A DNA stretch of 64,000 nt from Phallusia mammillata (lineage: Eukaryota), in contig OZ281494.1 of the NCBI GenBank assembly GCA_965637545.1, positions 3,348,001-3,412,000 of the forward strand. Direction: 5' to 3'. A program made the position numbers and the translations under genes. This document shows, piece after piece, positions 1 through 12,111 of the stretch. Numbering within the stretch: position 1 is the first letter of the stretch; every line of letters begins with the position of its first letter. Below the pieces are notes generated by a model. That model was given only the letters and a program-made list of their open reading frames with translations. It made no database searches and was not told the DNA's origin.

Positions 1-216
1 ACTACTACAGCAATAACAACAACTACAACCGCTGCAGCAACAACAACTACAATCTTAACAACAACACCACCTACAACCATTACAGCAGCAACAGCCATCA
101 CTACAGAAACAAGAATAACCACTACAGCAGCAACAACATCTGGTGCTAAACACGCAGCAAAAATTAATATTTTGATGACGATGTGTCTTGTGGTACTTAG
201 TTGGTTCGTGATTTAA
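1..216 (+). CDS. 3' end (partial) of a Thr-rich mucin-like surface protein with a probable GPI-anchor signal
   Basis: Frame 1 is open from base 1 to TAA at 214-216: TTTAITTTTTAAATTTTILTTTPPTTITAATAITTETRITTTAATTSGAKHAAKINILMTMCLVVLSWFVI*. A Thr/Ala stalk is followed by small residues (SG-A), a short polar spacer and a hydrophobic terminal stretch, the usual GPI-signal layout. The ORF track misses it because there is no start codon in the window. Confidence 0.75.
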   Translation, partial: TTTAITTTTTAAATTTTILTTTPPTTITAATAITTETRITTTAATTSGAKHAAKINILMTMCLVVLSWFVI

Positions 217-1573
217 CTATTGACATTTTTGGTTGGTGTTTTTGTTACTAAACTGCGCTTACATTTTCAATTTAAACTGGAGAGAAGATTCGTTTGAGTT
301 TCAACAAAAATTGTAGAAAGTGACTGGCGAATATACTTATGCTACATAAAGACGTTTTATCCAGTTGCAAACATTCATTTAATTAAAGACATAACACCCG
401 GCGAGATAGTGTATATAGAGTACATATTAGGACAGTTTGAACAATCGGTGTTGTCATCATCAGTGCAGTTTGTCAACTAAGCTTGAAACAAATATTCACA
501 TTTGCTACATGGATGATGCTTATTGTAATTCCAATAATCGTGTTTCCTGTGAAAATTTCGACTTACTGGTATTTCTCTACAATGTGGAGGCAAACTGCGT
601 TAGTGTAGTCGAGCGTTGAAAAGAAATAAATGAAACAGATTGTTGAGAAAACAATAGCTAGACGAGCTATATAAGAAGGTTTAGTTGCGTTTGGTCTGAG
701 GGCTCATAACATACGACGACGGAATAATCGCAACGTTGCTCAAATGTCAAAAACGTTGCGCACTGTGGCTTTAGGCAACAAGGGATAAGAATCGTACCAA
801 GGGCAGATTGAAAAGCAGGAGTACCAAGATATACCATCTTGATTTACTGGATAGACATATGACTAGTAATGATCTTCACATTACTGTAGCATGCCTTTTT
901 GACATGCACAGTTGAATAAGCGAGTAAATTTATTAATACGATTCTTAACGCTTGCTGCATAGAGCCGACATGATCCACAAAAGATCAATTTAGTTCTTGT
1001 CTTTTATTCTGGTTACGCAACACACATCAAGTCTCAATTATCTCAAGGAAAGGATACGATGGAAACAGACAAAGATCAACGATAAAGCACTGGCTTTTAA
1101 ACTGATACTCGTTTTTCTTGCGATCACTGCAAAACAGTACCTTCTTTTACTCACATCAGTTATTAGTTTGTTTTAAGTTAAACGCTTACAAAGAAATGCA
1201 GCACTGCAATGGATTGCACAACTAGTCGAAACACCGCGGTTGACCCAACAGCCCATCTTATGGTCAGGCTGTTGGAACATATCAGGAAAACGGGAACATG
1301 TAACAGTGTGAGAACAACAACACTGAATATGTACTTCCAACAGTTACTGAATCATGAGAACGCATGGAACAGTAAAGTTACACCGCTCAATACCATATGT
1401 CATAAAAGCAGCATATAACTTCCATGGAAAGAAAAGTCATGCTTGCAAAGTTAAAACTTCCATTACTTAATGCTTAGCCAAATCAAACTGCCAAAATGAT
1501 GGTTTAAAAGCACGTGACCGCTACAAAAGCTATTTGAAACTGAAATACTCTGAAAAAAGGAAAGGGCAATAAA

Positions 1574-1941
1574 CTTCGAAAATCGGGTCAAAATTTCGGG
1601 TTTTTGATTCCGGTTTAAATCGGTCTGATGGTTCGGTAGGAGGCTAAAACCGACTAGAACCAGTTTGAAACTGGAATACTCCGGCGAAAACCCACCCAAA
1701 ACCGGATTTTTCTTTAATTTATTGACCCCCAAAATCGAAAAAAAGTGAACGGCTTCAGGCTTAGTGTTTCTTCGAAAATCGGGTCAAAATTTTTGGCTTT
1801 CGATTCCGGTTTAAACCGGTTTGGAGGTTCGGTAGGAGGCTAAATCCGGCTAGAACCAGTTTGAAACTGGAATACTCCAGCAGAAGCTCACCCCCAAAAA
1901 ATGGAATTTTCAGGCAAAATCCTACCCAAACCGGATGTTTT
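1574..1941. repeat. Direct duplication, two copies with a period of about 196 bp
   Basis: The block cttcgaaaatcgggtcaaaattt...ggttcggtaggaggctaaa...gaaactggaatactcc occurs at 1574-1682 and 1770-1878. Each copy is followed by a related cccaaaccgga motif. Confidence 0.85.
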
Positions 1942-2451
1942 CTTGTACTTGTACGATTCAAAAAATATCCAAAACGTAAACATAACCTTGTCAAAGATTT
2001 TCGTCCCTGGTTTTATCAAGGAATAATATTGCGTTGAGCACCAAGAACATGCGCTAACAAATATGAAAAAAGTACAGTGAATATCTGGGTGGTGGTGATG
2101 AAACCATAAAACGTAAAAAATACATCGTAAATATACTAACACACGTGTGTCTTTGATTTTTTGTTAAATCAATCATTCTAGCAGCATAACAATTACGTTT
2201 GAAACGTTACTTAAACGTTTCCTCCAAAACTTAGTATTTCAGCTTATTTATCATTCCCGGTAAGTTCAAATAACATGAAAATAGGAAATGATTCAAAAAC
2301 TGTTTTTGTAAATCAAAGTTTTCAAATGAAAGTTTTTCCGCTTAAAACTTAATCCTCGCCGCTTTTCTTTCGTTCTCTGATTTGATTTTGCCTTTTTCTC
2401 TTTTCTCTCTTTCACTTTAATTCTACCAGCATTCAATTCTTGGTTTTAATA

Positions 2452-5400
2452 TTATGGTTCGGGAATCGATGTTTTCGACGCATTTCCAACAGGTGTCGTT
2501 GTGGTTCCGATTTTAGGAGCTTTGTACAGCAACATGCTTATGACGTAACAAGCAATTCCACTCATCTGAAAATCAAAATGTTGGTTTTAATTTATTTAGA
2601 ATGTCTATGTTGTCAAACCCAGAATATTCTTTTGTTTTGTTTTACACAAAGAATAGTAATTGGGTCATATTTAAATGACGACTCAAACTTTGATACTGTG
2701 CAAAAAAGTATCTTTGTCACATTTGTGTAGCGATCATTAAATTTTAACAAAAGTGTTTCCATCTATGAGGTAGACAAGCACCAATAAGTACAACGATTGA
2801 TAATGAAGTTAAAAATATCGCCAGAAAAATTGATAAGAGGTTGGTATCTGTGACTTGTTTTATAGGCACACAGCTGAATCAGATGCTTTTATATATAACC
2901 TTTGTCAGTCAAGGTCCTATTTTCTACTTAAAGTTTGTGATACAAATTTTATTAATGTAACTTACTTTGTGAAACAAAATTACCAAGAAGAGATAGAAAG
3001 ACATCTCATCAGTGAAATACATCCTGCAGGAAGATCCCTCACCAGGTTCTGACCTCCAAACGGAACAGGCTTGATCCAAGACTTGCCCAACTATTATAGG
3101 GATTGGAATTCCTCCTATTGCCCGGTTCAACATCCACTGCAAAAAACATCAAAAGCTAAGATCCCGGTTTAATTTCGTCTGATGCTATTTAAGTGTAGGT
3201 AAATTAGTAAAAAAGACCGTGTTGAAGGCTACTTGGTGGAGTCTCCATTTATTTGCTGGCAGAAAATGATAATTTATAGTCAAAATTATAGTGAATTATA
3301 GTTATAGTGTACATATGGATTGCAAGGCATTCAACAAACTTTAAAAAAATAGCGTTTGTTATCATTATAATCCATAAAATAGTAATCCATAAAAATAAAA
3401 CTGTATTCTGTTATCCAATCCATACAATTACTTCCCTACAAATTGACGGAATCCCATATATCCAGCAAACTTATCAACCAACCGCTGAACGTTTTAAATA
3501 CATCAAGTTTTAACCAGGTCAATATTTTTCTGTGCGGTTTTCAATTTTCGATTTCGTGTTTCAACTTTATTTAAAGTTTTTAGTTTAAACAAACCTGAAC
3601 GCCGACGGCGAGCGATCGAAAGTTAAACGGAACAATTCGCATCACAATCTGTAACAAAATTTCATCCATAATTTGCAAAAAAATTCCAACTTGACTTTAA
3701 GTCATACCTGTAAGTTTGGTGTCCAGCACATTAATGTGGTGAAGATTAGAACAAAGAAAAAAACGAGAAATAGAGGAAGGTTGGTGCAGGTATTATTAGC
3801 GCATTTTCCCATCTTAGCTGTTCCAAGTAAAGCTTCGTTACCCGGAATGCAAGAACAGTTCACGAACGTCTAAAACCAACAAGCAATCAATATTATATTC
3901 TTGATAGCTATTAAAATAAAAAGACACTCTTTATTCTGCTAAATTACAATCCTGGTGCTTACTCTCCGAAAAGATCTATTGCAAGTTAGTGATACCGTTA
4001 CATCAAAAATCTCCCACCACATAACTGCGACCATGTTTAGAAGCAAAATTAGTGGTTATCCCAAAATGAGTAAAATTTTGCATTGTTTTCTAAAACATTC
4101 GCGTTTTTGGCAGGTAACTCCCGAAATCGTGTTATAATAAAAATGGATCTTTGTTTGCAAATAAAGCAAGCATTGGCCAACTTTTTGTTTGTTCTACGAT
4201 TTTGTTGTGTTATTGTAAAAAGCGTGCAATTATTATCACGAAAAAGCATTTAATTGCAAATCTATGCTGTCATACTATGATATAGCTTATTTTAATCTAT
4301 ATTATACGTTATCACATCGTTTTGTTTTTAAACACAAACACAACCAGAGACGTAACAAAGTGTAAGCTAACCCCGTTGACGTAGTCATGACAACCGGCAA
4401 AACACGTCGAGAAGTAGGTGATGTCGTCACTTCCGCACACCGGATTATACTCATCCGTGCTGCAGCTGCAAGGGTGGTTGCATGATGCGGTGAAGTTGTC
4501 CGATGATAAAGTTGTTGTGTTTAAATATGGGACAGTGGCTCCAGCGAACTCTACAGAGGCAGTTGACAGGTTTAAATAGGTCTTACGGTTGAGTCACTAT
4601 CTTCTGCGCAGACAAACTAGACCGGTGTTACGTGTGACGTTGTCGCAGCAGTTAAACCAAAAAACTTCGGACGATTCGAGTATTTTTTGAGAACAACACA
4701 ACTCTGGTCACTTGAGAAAAACTCTTAAAATAAGAAGATTAACCATCGAATCAATTCGTGTAATTTCGAAAGTCAAACTCGACTCGAACCGGCTCAAATC
4801 AGTTTAAATAACTTTTACATGAACTCGGCTTATTTTTTTGAGTCACTAGACGAAGGACTTGACTTAATGAAGTTAAACTTATTTATTTTGTTCAAATCAA
4901 AGATGTAACGAGGTTTGACTTATTTTATGTAAAGATTTTGGTGGAACTCGGCTTAACATGGTTGCTTGTAACAAATCTCTCGACTTTACTCGAGTCAGTG
5001 AATGGATCTACTTAAATTTTCAACTTAAGAAAGATAAAAGTACATCCTATATGGTTGCGATTCCTATTAATGAATTAAAACAACTGAAATTTAAAGTCAG
5101 TTTACGTTTCACACATGGTGCAACATTCCATGCTGCAAACAACAGCTTTTATATTTAAAGATAACTTAGGTAGCGAATTAAAGCTCTTTAAATAAAGCAT
5201 TAGTGCACAACTAAAGTTCTCTTACTCTGGTTCGGACATCTGAGAAAGAAAATGAATCCGCAAGCAAGTGCAATGATCGTGTTGAGCAGGCAGAACCGCT
5301 GTATTCCTCTGATGTCAAGGTTTGCTTTCGACACAATCACTCCGCCTAAAATCATGCCAAGTGCACCAGAACTGATTGTAACAGCGCCTAAAAAAACATG

Positions 5401-8400
5401 CTTTTCTCCTAAATTGTAAATATACGTGTGATGAATTGTACACTTTTCTATCTTGGCACACAAAAAATCGTTTAAACACAAATTTTACGGTTAAATTTTG
5501 GTATGTTTGCGCCAAACTGAATGTCAACAAATGCCAAAACATAATTTAGGATGTTAAAATAAAACAAAGTCCAATGTTATAAGGGTCAGCCTTAATGATC
5601 ATTTTTAAAAATCTGACGGGAAAGTTACAAAACAACAACAGATAATTGAACTTATATTAATCTTGTCTTTAACGGATAAAACAGTAGTTAACATTTTGAG
5701 AATCAGGCTATTTTAACCCATTTCTTTTTTACCACATTTTGTAGTTTGACAGAACGTTTATGCGACCAGATAGTAAAATGCCGGGTAAATGTGGTACAAA
5801 AAATAAGAAAACGCTGTATATACTACACGCGTGTCACTTACCTAGATATACAGACGCCTCCGTGGCAGTGAGGCCGTACATAGATTCGAGAAACTTCGGT
5901 GTAAATGCGGAGAACCCGGAGACGAGCCCAAGGTCAAGTGCGTTTGCCATCGCGGTGAATATGAAGGGAGCGTTCCGAAGGAGAACAGCCAGTGCGCTTG
6001 GAAAGCTTTTAAGGCTGTAATAAAAAAAAACTTTTGTTTGTTACATACGAAAAGCGAAATGGGGTACAAAATCATTATATTGGAACGAAAATGTGTGTAG
6101 AAAATTCTGCAGTTGAATGTGCACGACCACTAGTGCTTGACCTCAAGTCTGCTTTTTGCTTAACAGTAATCAATCAATCAATCACTGTTTTATTTGTTTC
6201 AACGCCAAAATATGAATAAGACAGATGACATAAATGTAAACATGTAAAATAGGGATTGAAACAAAAGGGTGCAGCTGGAGCCACAATTGGCTATTTTGAA
6301 AAGCTGACCCTATCTATTTGTTTTTGGTGAATGGTTGTAAAAAGAAACACAAGAAGAGAAAAAAACAAAACAAGCACTGCGTTATAAGTGTTTTTCTTGA
6401 AAATGCATCAAATAAATAACATGAATCTTTGTGAAAATACGGCTGTAGAAATGTGTTCGCATTTCTTCGGGCAGTAATTTCACGCTTGTCTGGCGGGGGT
6501 AATTAGTGAACGGTATTTGCGTTGCACAAGTAATTAAGACCATAACACCCCGTGGAATGTAAATAATGCACCTCTGTGGTTGCGTTTATACTGTCTTATG
6601 TCTGGATTACAAACGGTATAATATTATGGATCGGTTGTCCTTGTGGACCAAGCGACATGCTTTGGTAGAGTTAACCTGAGCAAGGCAACCTGAATATGAC
6701 GTGAAACCGACATCAATACGAAAATATATCCGTACAGAAATGTACTACGGTCGTCAACAAGATTTGAAATTGTTTTATGCGAAATCGTACATCTAAAAAA
6801 TCCCGACATTACTACTTCACAAACAGCTCACGTATATTCTATTTTTAGCAAAGCTGTAAAGTGTTAACCACAAACATCGTGTGCGACCTGACATCAAACA
6901 AATTCCTTTTTTTAATACCGATTGAACAACACGCCGCCTTAGGCCAAAAAACACCAACAACGAAATTATACAACAGTTCCTCTACCTGATTTGTAGCGAT
7001 TTTCAATAAGGTTGTCCTAGTGACGTTAATTTTTTCAAATTGAAAAAACTATAACAAACAATAGGAAATTTCTGTTTTAACAAAGTAATATATAGGCTGC
7101 TGACAGGCATAACATCAACTTTATAGAGCTCTTCTGGCAATTGTATTTTATACCGACATTTCGACGTCCTACAGGTCGCCTTCATTAGGGTAGATGCCCA
7201 ATTAATGTGTTTTCGTTGCGTTGCGACGTGCTTGCGTTTAATTCCTTTATTTCCTGTATAAGACGTCGAAACGTCGGTACAAAAATAAAATCTATATAGT
7301 TAACAATGTTATATCGGGTTGTTTATAATTATGAATCCAACCAACAACTTATATTGTGGTTTGTGGGTTGACAAAGGTGTAAATGTTTACGCCTTCCAAG
7401 AAACGTTTGCACATTTGATTAAGGCGTAATCGTCGGGTTATAATCCAATGTCTTATGGCCCGGGGTTATCATTTTGACAATTCTGGTGCGAAAATATTAT
7501 TTAATGGCAAAAAGTTTTGAGAAAGTCACTTTAATGTGCGAAGAAATCGGTTCAGCAAATTGAGATTGGAATCTACAGGTCAACAAAAATAGTTGCTTTT
7601 TCGTCATTTTTCACGCGCCAAACCATCGTACATTTATCTTTTTCAAATTTGTCGAAAATAACAAAATTTTAATGTTCTGACTAGTTTTGTTGTCATATTT
7701 TGGTTTAAATACTTTTTTCCCTATAATTAGACAAATCTTTTGTGTATAACACTCTTGACTGACTTTGGAGTAATTAATGAAAAAGACTCAATTCGGGCCT
7801 TGTAATGTAACAAACTAGTATTTAACCTTGTATCTTCCTGTCCGTTGTTGTCTGTGTTATTGTCATGTACTTGTGTTCCTCTGTTGTTCCTCACACTCTC
7901 CGTACCGGGAAGGTCACGAGGAAACATTAACATCGGAACTACAAAAAAACGCACACTCTGTTTTGACTGTACTTCAGCACGAAACAATTAAACAACACGG
8001 TAATTTAAAGTTTACCAAATCATTCAAGAATACAGTGCTTATACATGACCACCTGTGCCTCGTTTCAACATTTGGGTAATCCAGTCGCCTTATCAACGTT
8101 TTTGAAATAGTGACAACGTGGTAAAAAAAATTACAACGCTTCATACTTTATGCCACTTGTTTCCATCTACATTCCTAAATCAATCTTACAATCTTTAGAA
8201 AGCTAAAGGTGAGGATTTTTGTACGAATTTAATGACCTGTTTTTGTGGTACACAATTTTTGAAAAACAGTGTGTTAAAATATAATTGGACGAAGTTGTGG
8301 TTATTTAAATACCTGCAAGAGTAATCAGAAGCGCTCCAGAAATTAGAAATCCCAACCACCACGCTCCGACCCAAGATGGATGAGTGTCGTTTAATCCGGA

Positions 8401-10492
8401 ACTATAGCGTATTTAAATAATATTTTGTTTATTATGAACTCATTGTTAAAATGGGGTGAAGCGTGTTAAAAGGCCCAGCATTTAAAATATTGTCATTACA
8501 TGAGAAAATTTTAAATTAAAAAATCAGTAATGCATCTATCGTGGTAAATAAATTGCAGAAGTTTTTTTTCAATAACTGAAGATATTCACAATAAATTTGA
8601 CGAAACATACGAAATATCCAGCAATGTTCTAAAGACGATATTTTTATTGTAATAGAACTTACGACATTCCGATGTCAGTGTACAATTGCAGAGTATAACC
8701 TCCGAGGATGTAACCGCCTGCTGGACCCAATGCACTGGCACAAGCATAATAAATACCTGAAAATACAAGTGGAAAATTAATATCAAATGGAAAAGTTTGA
8801 CTTCCTGGTGAATGTTTTGTATTATGAAACTCTTTTACAGCAAACGTTTTTACTACTGAATTGATTGTGTATGAAAAAATATCTTTTTTTGAAAATTACC
8901 AATCACAGTAGGCCTACGCCAAACTATTTGAAAGTAACAAAAAGTATGTTTTATTAACTGTATATTTGTTTTGTTGGCAAACGTTCCGTAGAACTAACAA
9001 AAGAAGTCCAACTGTTTTGTACATTACACTTGACCTATTTTTAAGAACGAAAATAAGTTCTTGTACTGGCTACGTTTAAGTTACAGCGTGTTTAAGTAAA
9101 GCCCAAATTCTCACCGTGGTACACTGACGACGCCTGCTGAGGAACGTTCTCGTCCAAATACGTCAGACCCAACGTGTAAAGTGATGACGTACCAACTCCG
9201 TTCATTACTTGGGCGAGAATAAAAACAAATCTAAAAAGATTTTTTTGCACAATCAGGCTTCAACCATCTCAGTTTTACAAGAAATGTTGAATCGTTTTAA
9301 TACTAAACTCCATGCCTAATTTAAATGTATTATTGGTTGATATATAAACTAAAGTTTTAGATACACAAAGTACCGACTAGATTACTTTTCTAAAAAAATA
9401 TTGCAATCCATTTAGTATAAAACGTAGAAATGCGTACATTTGACTCTAAATCGCTGGAAATTAAGTGTTTGGTAAAGTAAACTAAAGAAGATTTAAACTT
9501 ATTGTTAAAAGTTAGTATTTTTTGCTAACATTTGCCCATTTGGGTTTCTGCTTATGCAAAAAAATGCAAGATGTACTTACAAATAAATGTGTAACGCTGA
9601 AACTTCTCCGGCGATCTTCACGTGGTCTTCCACACACAAAAATTGCGATTCGTTTATGCTTGTTACGTCATAGGAGGGTGCCGCGAAGTGGGGTATAGTG
9701 AAGACAAAGCACCCCAATCCCATAAGAACGATACCCCAGCCGACCCATAAGGGTTTGTGACCCTTTCCACCCATGTACGTCACAAAGGGAATCGCGAGCA
9801 ACGACGCGAAGTTGTATGAGCTGACAATGAATCCAGAATCTCTGCTTCGTAAACCGAATCTGGAAAGGAACAGGAATTAAAGCCAATTTTTGTCATTTTA
9901 TCGTGTGTTTTTTTATCGGGGAAGATTTTATTGATAATTCTTTTATTTATTGGAAACAAAATTGTTTGCTTATACAATGTTGTACAACTTTATAAAATAT
10001 AAAGAAAAATAATTATAATTATCTAAATTTACCCTTTGGTTTGCGACATGAAGTTTATCAGAGCAAACAATAGCAAAACGTTTAAAACAAAATTTTATAG
10101 TAATTTTAGATAAAACGTCATTCAGAAGTAAAATATGTTTTTTTCGGTAGTTTTAGAGAGATGTGGTATCTAAGATGAATATATTCATACTGGGAGCGTC
10201 CCTGAAGCGTCCATGCAGACCAGCGAGCACGGGTTACTGATTCCCACATGCCCTGGCGTAGTTTGATTTATGAGATTTGGTAGAGACGTTTGTGACATTT
10301 GCCGCGCGTTTAGAAATACATAACCCTATCACTAAAATAAATAATTAATTGCACAGTCACCTTTTCTCCAACGTAGTGATGACGACATTAACAAGTCCAC
10401 TGATGACGAATCCTTGAAGAAACCCGATCGCACTCAACACTGCCAGGGCGAACTGTGGAGTAGCGAAACACCGCATAAACTTGAAGATGTAC
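2452..10492 (-). CDS. SLCO4-like: SLCO/OATP organic anion transporter, paralog A (OATP4-like); 13 exons resolved, first coding exon uncertain
   Basis: Exons in transcript order: 10361-10492, 9581-9859, 9115-9230, 8663-8756, 8313-8401, 7827-7938, 5842-6014, 5226-5387, 4372-4550, 3708-3869, 3595-3648, 2966-3136, 2452-2565 (TAA). All introns are GT-AG and the phases chain (1837 nt = 1 + 612 codons). Motifs: LQGFVISGLVNVVITTLEKRFGL, GHKPLWVGWG, TYLDENV, WVGAWWLGF, PKFLE, Kazal-like CNHPCSC..YNPVCGSDDITYFSTCFAGC, RSLAVGVQWMLNRAIGGIPIP. Confidence 0.93.
7146..7286. mobile_element. Inverted pair of Penelope-like terminal fragments with a degenerate hammerhead-like core
   Basis: The minus strand of 7146-7188 reads ctaatgaaggcgacctgtaggacgtcgaaatgtcgg. 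The plus strand at 7262-7286 reads gacgtcgaaacgtcggtacaaaaata. The arms are reverse complements, and a family copy lies at 31074-31109. Confidence 0.55.
10190..10275 (-). mobile_element. 3' fragment of tRNA-derived SINE family 2
   Basis: cctgaagcgtccatgcagaccagcgagcacgg is nearly identical to 22156-22187 (cctgaagcgttcatgcagaccagcgatcacgg). Confidence 0.55.
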
Positions 10493-11978
10493 CTGGCAAG
10501 AAAACGGTTTTCGTCAGCAATTTTTTATTTACTTATTATTTTTCAATTTATTATTGTAATTTTAAATTAGTTAAACAAAAGTGGCAATTCTGATATTATA
10601 CAAATACTTTTCATTCTCAGTAATTATTAAAAAGGTGTTAATTTTGACACGACACATAACTTGACCATCTCACAAAATAACCCTTTTCGTTTGAATAACC
10701 TGAGAAATATACTCAACTTTTTGCATTTACAAACCCTGGGCCGGAAACAAGCTCAGCAAAGCATCAGCGAGGGCCCAGTATGTGTTTATTTTGTAAATTT
10801 AAAGAGATAGCGATTGCGGTCTTTATCGCGGTATATAACTGGACCACTAGTTCCCCCCAGGGCGAAAAACATAGGTTGATATTCCACAAGTATGACGCGT
10901 ATATAGTCACGTTTGTAATTTAATGTAAAATTACGTGAGTCAAACATAAAAACATATTTTATGCATGAGATATAAGCAATGTATGTTTAAAATATAAAAT
11001 CTTATTGTTAAGTTGTAGGATCAGCCACATATGTAAACATTTTGACGGCTAATGCGTAAATAGTTTTGGGTAACTTTTCACCGACACACAATACTTTTTC
11101 TCTTGTGATTAAGACCGCACTTAATTTTATGCAGCACCTAATGGATCAAAAAACACAATCCGTCTCAAAAAGAGGGGGCATAATGAGAGTTTGACAATTT
11201 TCTCAAATAAATTTGAAATTAAAATAGTTTAGTTCTGTTTTGACCTTTGCAACTTATTATTGTATTTGCCGGTATCACGCTTTTGATTTATAAATTCCCG
11301 TAATTTTCACGTCCGGATAAATGTCCCAAACATAGCTCTTAGGTAAGAAAATCGCGTACGTCATGAAAAGGAAATGGTCATTAAAAGATTGCAGTGGTTT
11401 TCTTGGACTTTACATATCAAGACATTTTTACAAGTTTTAGGACAGTTTTTGGTTTAAAATTTATGCCAAAAATATGTTTTGACCTTATCAACGTCATAAT
11501 TCCAATTCGATTTCATAAATTTATGTTTTATTTCCGGTTAGTGTTAAAAGCCGGGGTCGAATCTATCCGCTTTAATCGACTAGTTTGGCCCAGACAGAAT
11601 TGCGCAAAAGTTATTTCTGTTTCTTGTGATGTCACGTATCTATTTGGCACCAACTAATGCATTTCAACCGTTGCAATGTCAGAACCTAGTTTAAAATCTC
11701 ACAACAGTACAGAAAAGCAATAACATGCCTTTGATATACAGCGAAAAATTTGCAAAGCATTTAAACGTAAAATCCTATGATAGTTTAACTTAATTGCTAA
11801 AACATTTTTTAGTAATTTCTAGTTAATTTATCATTAACAGGTTGTACTTTCATACGAATTGAATTATGTTAAAAAGTTAGGAAGGGTTGACGCAAAAATG
11901 CGGTCAAGAATTTGTGATATAATCTGTGTTTATATTCTGACTGATATTTCTGCCTAATCCGAGAATCACATTCGTTAC

Positions 11979-12111
11979 TTTCAGCGACGACATTTTTTGA
12001 TTTCTTGTGAAAATCGAAGCGCGTTTTGCCATTGACTTCTTTTTTGAAGTTGTTCGGTTCGGGTTCAGGATAAATAGGCTTCTTCAGGCGTGACTTTACA
12101 CCTGGCCGCAT
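11979..12111 (-). CDS. Candidate first coding exon of SLCO-A
   Basis: ATG at 12111 opens the hydrophilic peptide MRPGVKSRLKKPIYPEPEPNNFKKEVNGKTRFDFHKKSKNVVAE, with a donor A|GTAACG at 11978 (phase 1). Reaching the phase-2 exon at 10492 would need a bridging exon. The candidate is 10700-10751 (CFRPRVCKCKKLSIFLR), whose GAG acceptor is weak. Confidence 0.35.
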
